Positions 63,377 to 64,000 of a DNA stretch of 64,000 bases are shown one piece after another. A program made the translations under genes and the position numbers. The stretch is from Tubulanus polymorphus (Eukaryota; Animalia; Nemertea). Position 1 is the first letter of the stretch. Every line of letters begins with the position of its first letter. The notes under the pieces are model-generated. The model saw only the letters and a list, made by a program, of their open reading frames with translations. It searched no databases and was not told the DNA's origin. The DNA is taken from positions 11,493,950 to 11,557,949 of the forward strand of contig NC_134026.1 in the NCBI RefSeq assembly GCF_964204645.1. Reading direction: 5' to 3'.

Positions 63377-64000
63377 TTTAGGGTTTTCTGTTATTTCACA
63401 GAAAACCCTATTGATATCCGCGTGATTATTATTAGGGTTTTCTGTTATTTCACAGAAAACCCTATTGATATCCGCGTGATTATTATTATTATTATTTTCT
63501 TCCACACTATTTTTACCAAAAGAACATAGGCTTTGTTACCTTACCGCTGTTTCATATACAATCCATATAATATCGTACAGCTCACTGAGATCTACAAATA
63601 GCCCGCGTGTTTTTTCACGAATCATCGTTATAAAAGCGCTGTCGGGCCGTAAACATCGAAAATTTAGCCCCATTCAATGGGGCGACATGTTTTTCGAGGC
63701 GTCATCCCGAAATCAACCCGCAGGCCGACTGTCACTTCGATTATCAATTCAAGTATAAATGAACTAATTTATTGCCGCAGACTTCACATTCAGTCGCGGT
63801 CTTCAAACAGTGATTTTAACAATAGCTCATTTTCCTCATCAAATCATATTACCGATACACTGGAAATTTACTACTTAAGATTTTAAAAGCACTGTCGAGC
63901 CGTTACTACATCGACGTTCCGGGGATCAGCTGCAAGTTTCTCCTCATCATGAGAATCAAATCGAGTACAAATTAATTTATTACTACCAGTGATTTGGCTG
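63377..64000. mobile_element. Helentron/DINE-like element start with duplicated terminal hairpin
   Basis: ttagggttttctg-ttattt-cacagaaaaccctattgatatccgcgtgattattatt occurs twice in tandem, followed by (TTA)n. It interrupts the LINE. Confidence 0.55.

Overview
This is eukaryotic (metazoan, probably invertebrate) genomic DNA, AT-rich and dominated by nested transposable elements. It is not prokaryotic. Seven short GT-AG exons on the minus strand (12228-55060) splice in phase into the N-terminal CAF1/DEDD nuclease region of a PARN-family protein most like PNLDC1, the pre-piRNA 3' trimmer. The ORF track misses this gene. Its introns contain: (i) a Kolobok DNA transposon (transposase plus a convergent KolX/P2X7-ballast gene) split by a complete 8.6-kb CAC...GTG element with a 4-bp TSD. 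That element encodes an uninterrupted 897-aa Chapaev/RAG1-core-like transposase with an inserted PHD-like finger, followed by 14 tandem ~98-nt hairpins and a convergent degenerate PHD gene. (ii) A full-length decayed BEL/Pao LTR element. (iii) An intron-containing Sailor-type (DD83E) Tc1/mariner element with a PHD finger. (iv) A Copia > Kolobok-type > L1/Tx1 nested stack. (v) L2/CR1, Penelope, hAT and piggyBac remnants, MITEs, a tRNA-derived SINE and Helentron-like non-autonomous elements. Nearly all orientable elements lie antisense to the host gene. The most unusual signal is the transposase plus hairpin-array cassette at 1533-10134. All family assignments come from motif recognition by eye, not from database searches.
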